A DNA stretch of 64,000 nt from Pseudomonadales bacterium (GTDB lineage Bacteria; Pseudomonadota; Gammaproteobacteria; Pseudomonadales; Azotimanducaceae): assembly GCA_028279305.1 (NCBI GenBank), contig JANQOA010000208.1:3707-67706 (forward strand). Reading direction: 5' to 3'. A program made the translations under genes and the position numbers. The notes beneath the pieces are model-generated. The model had not been told where the DNA came from, ran no database searches, and saw only the letters and a list, made by a program, of their open reading frames with translations. Below, piece by piece: positions 61,284-64,000 of the stretch. Within the stretch, counting starts at the first letter, position 1. Each line of letters starts with the position of its first letter.

Positions 61284-62166
61284 GTTTGCCCTGATTGATG
61301 CCCTGGTACGGCAACTCGGCGGCCGCGCCGCCGGCGGCTGGGTGCAATTGGGTCCGGGGGACGATGCTTGTGTGGTGTCAGCACAACCCGGCAGGGAACT
61401 GGTGGCTTCCATCGATACGCTGCTGGCGGACGTACATTTCCCCGCCGCGGCGCCCGCTGAGCTGATCGGCTACCGGGCGCTGATGGTGGCGCTGTCCGAT
61501 CTGGCGGCGATGGCGGCAACACCGCGCTATGTGTTGGTGGCGCTGTCTTTACCGTCAGCAGACAATGCCTGGATAAACGCCCTGGCGCGGGGCATGGCGG
61601 ATGCCGCGGAAACCTGTGATGTGTATATCTGCGGCGGCAACCTGTGCCGCGGACCGTTGAGCATCAGTGTCAGCGTACATGGCGATTGTGCGGCTGGTGC
61701 GGCGGTCACCCGCGCCGGCGCCCGGCCCGGCGACACGGTTTATGTCAGCGGCGCCCTGGGCGGGGCGGCAGCCTGTGTCAAAGCGGGCGAATTTACGCCG
61801 GCAGAACCGCTCAGCGCGCGGCAGCGCAGTTATTTCCGCCCGCTGGCACGCTTCGATGTGGGTGAACAGTTGCGCAGCGCCAGTGCCGCCATCGACATCT
61901 CCGACGGACTGCTCGCGGATCTGGGCCACCTGGCACGGGCCTCAGCAGTAGACATCAGCATCACCTCCGGCCGTGTGCCGGTGCACAGCCAGGCAGCGCT
62001 GGAAGACGCCCTGCAGGGTGGTGACGACTACGAAATCCTGTGTACCTCAGCAGGTCCCATGGCGGGGTTTACGGCAGTGGGTGAAGTGGCGGCAGCGGCG
62101 GGCGGGACACCCCGGGTATTGCTGGACGGTCAGCCGGCGGCTGGAGGGTATAAGCATTTCACTTGA
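61276..62166 (+). CDS. thiL: Thiamine-monophosphate kinase
   Basis: MDEFALI, GDDA, SDLAAM, DISDGL, GDDYE. Confidence 0.95.
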   Translation: MDEFALIDALVRQLGGRAAGGWVQLGPGDDACVVSAQPGRELVASIDTLLADVHFPAAAPAELIGYRALMVALSDLAAMAATPRYVLVALSLPSADNAWINALARGMADAAETCDVYICGGNLCRGPLSISVSVHGDCAAGAAVTRAGARPGDTVYVSGALGGAAACVKAGEFTPAEPLSARQRSYFRPLARFDVGEQLRSASAAIDISDGLLADLGHLARASAVDISITSGRVPVHSQAALEDALQGGDDYEILCTSAGPMAGFTAVGEVAAAAGGTPRVLLDGQPAAGGYKHFT

Positions 62167-62188
62167 CGGTGAACCGGCAGCACCGGAG

Positions 62189-62677
62189 TTGCGTCTCGCG
62201 GAACTGCGCCGCGTGGACGTGTTGTGGGCGTCAGCCTTTGGCATCGGTTTCCTCAAACCGGCACCCGGCAGTTGGGGGTCCGCGGCCGCTGCGGTGGTCT
62301 GGTGGCTGCTGCTCAGCGGTCTGCCGGCGGCATGGCAGGCGCTGATTTGTCTGCTCTATTTTATCTCCGCCTGGTGGGTCAGCAGCCGCATCTGCCGGCG
62401 CTACCGGGTTGATGACGCGCCGCAGATTGTCGCGGACGAAGTGGTGGGCATGTGGCTGGCGCTGTTGTTTATTGAGCCGAATGTCTGGTTGGCGGCAGCG
62501 GCGTTGGCGCTGTTCCGCTACCTGGATATCCGCAAGCCCGGGCCCATCGGCTGGCTGGACCGGGAAGTGAAAGGGGGCCTGGGTGTCATGCTCGACGATG
62601 TGCTGGCGGGGCTGCTGACCGGTGCGTCATTATTCCTGTTAAACCTGGCGCTTGTGACCCTGCTCGCAAAACCATAA
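62189..62677 (+). CDS. pgpA: Phosphatidylglycerophosphatase A (start uncertain)
   Basis: APGSWGS, IVADEVVG, FRYLDIRKP, GVMLDDVLAG. Confidence 0.9.
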   Translation: MRLAELRRVDVLWASAFGIGFLKPAPGSWGSAAAAVVWWLLLSGLPAAWQALICLLYFISAWWVSSRICRRYRVDDAPQIVADEVVGMWLALLFIEPNVWLAAAALALFRYLDIRKPGPIGWLDREVKGGLGVMLDDVLAGLLTGASLFLLNLALVTLLAKP

Positions 62678-62817
62678 CCTGGCCGGCCCGCGGCGTATGC
62701 CGGTTAACACTGCCGGCGCGGCGCCCGGGATATCATATGCGGCTTGTGCAGCCGGTGGGCCGTGGGATTGGCCGGGTCCGGATGACTATGGAGTTGGGCA
62801 GGTACGTGACAGGTAAA

Positions 62818-63474
62818 ATGACATCCTGGTGCAGACTCAGTGGATGCGGAGCAGCCGCGCTGCTGCTGTTGTGGGCCGTGTCCGGTTGGGCGGTAGCGCC
62901 GGTGGAGGTGGTGGCCCTGTTCAAAGACCGGGCGGTGGTGAAAACGGCTGAAGGCCAGGATATGTTGCGGGTGGGTGAGACTTCGTCTTCCGGCGTCACC
63001 CTGCTGGCGGCGGACACGCTGCAGGCCAAGGTCCGTTACCGGCAGAAGACATATACGCTTCAGCTCAGCGCCCGGGTCGGTTCGGTGTTCGCCGTGCCGG
63101 AGCGTAAGCAGGTGCAGATTAACCGCGATACCCACGGCCAGTACCGCATCCGCGGCACCATCAACGGCAACCTGGTGGACTTTCTGGTCGATACCGGTGC
63201 TTCCATTGTGGCCATCAGCGAGCGTCACGCGGTGGCCATGGGGTTGGATTTCATGTCCGGCCGCGCCGGCCATGTGCAGACTGCGCAGGGCAATGCGCCG
63301 GCATTTTTTATCATGCTGGACCAGGTGACCGTAGGTGGCATAACCCTGAACAACGTGCAGGGTACCGTGGTGCAGGGGGGCTTCCCCACCGATGTACTGC
63401 TTGGCATGTCGTTCTTGAATCAGGTGGAGATGCGCGACAACAACGGCGTGCTGACTCTGGTGGCGCGCTACTGA
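62818..63474 (+). CDS. Clan AA (retropepsin-like) aspartic protease
   Basis: Signal peptide, FLVDTGAS, LLGMSFL. Confidence 0.88.
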   Translation: MTSWCRLSGCGAAALLLLWAVSGWAVAPVEVVALFKDRAVVKTAEGQDMLRVGETSSSGVTLLAADTLQAKVRYRQKTYTLQLSARVGSVFAVPERKQVQINRDTHGQYRIRGTINGNLVDFLVDTGASIVAISERHAVAMGLDFMSGRAGHVQTAQGNAPAFFIMLDQVTVGGITLNNVQGTVVQGGFPTDVLLGMSFLNQVEMRDNNGVLTLVARY

Positions 63475-63495
63475 GGTCCGCCCCGGCGGCGCCGG

Positions 63496-64000
63496 CTAGC
63501 GGTCCCGCTGCACAACCAGCATGGCCAGCTGCTCCAGCAGGTTGCCCTGCAGCCGGGTGCGTGCGAGTAACAACCTGGCTTCCTCAATAAGGCTGTTGGC
63601 CATTTCTTTAGCTTGATCGATACCCATCAAGCGGGGGAAAGTGTTTTTGTCCATGGCCTCGTCCGAACCCGCGGGTTTGCCCAGCACCTGGGTGGTCTGG
63701 GTAACGTCCAGCACATCGTCCATAACCTGAAAGGCCAGCCCCAGGCGGTCGCCGAACTCGGTCAGCAGCAGATACTGTTCTTCGCTTACCGGCGTGGAGG
63801 TGGGGCTGAGGGCGCCGATCTGCACGGCTACCCTGATCAGCGCGCCGGTTTTGGCACTGTGCAGCACCTGCAGTTCAGACAGGCTCAGGCTTTTGCCTTC
63901 AGCGGCGATATCCAGGCACTGGCCGCCGGCCATGCCCGCCCAACCGGCCGCTTCCGCCAGCAGGGCAATCTTCTTCAGCTTGGTTTCCGCGTCTTCGTGG
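63496..64000 (-). CDS. ispA: Farnesyl diphosphate synthase, partial
   Basis: GMAGGQCLD, KTGALI, FQVMDDVLD, GKPAGSD. Confidence 0.92.
   Translation of the reverse strand, partial: HEDAETKLKKIALLAEAAGWAGMAGGQCLDIAAEGKSLSLSELQVLHSAKTGALIRVAVQIGALSPTSTPVSEEQYLLLTEFGDRLGLAFQVMDDVLDVTQTTQVLGKPAGSDEAMDKNTFPRLMGIDQAKEMANSLIEEARLLLARTRLQGNLLEQLAMLVVQRDR

Overview
GC-rich gammaproteobacterial (Pseudomonadales-like) chromosomal segment. The backbone is conserved: fimX(partial)-fimW, epmB/efp/epmA, psd, rhodanese, orn, queG, nnr-tsaE-amiB-mutL-miaA-hfq-hflX-hflK-hflC-hisZ-purA, tRNA-Leu(CAG), rnr-rlmB, rpsF-rpsR-rplI-dnaB-radA, ettA, glyA-nrdR-ribD-nusB-thiL-pgpA, an aspartic protease and ispA(partial). 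Three accessory blocks interrupt it. (1) About 17 kb between purA and tRNA-Leu carries an orphan pilin, Trm112, folE2, a FabH-like enzyme, a TonB receptor divergent from a BlaI/M56 pair, and a Zur-box-controlled metal-uptake cluster that includes an unannotated 41-aa ORF. This block ends at three 120-bp tandem repeats, each carrying the tRNA 3' end. (2) A DUF4258/HTH toxin-antitoxin-like pair lies between rlmB and rpsF. (3) A nine-gene type IVb-like pilus operon with unusual pilins lies between radA and ettA, with no mobility genes. All calls come from reading motifs by eye; no database search was run.
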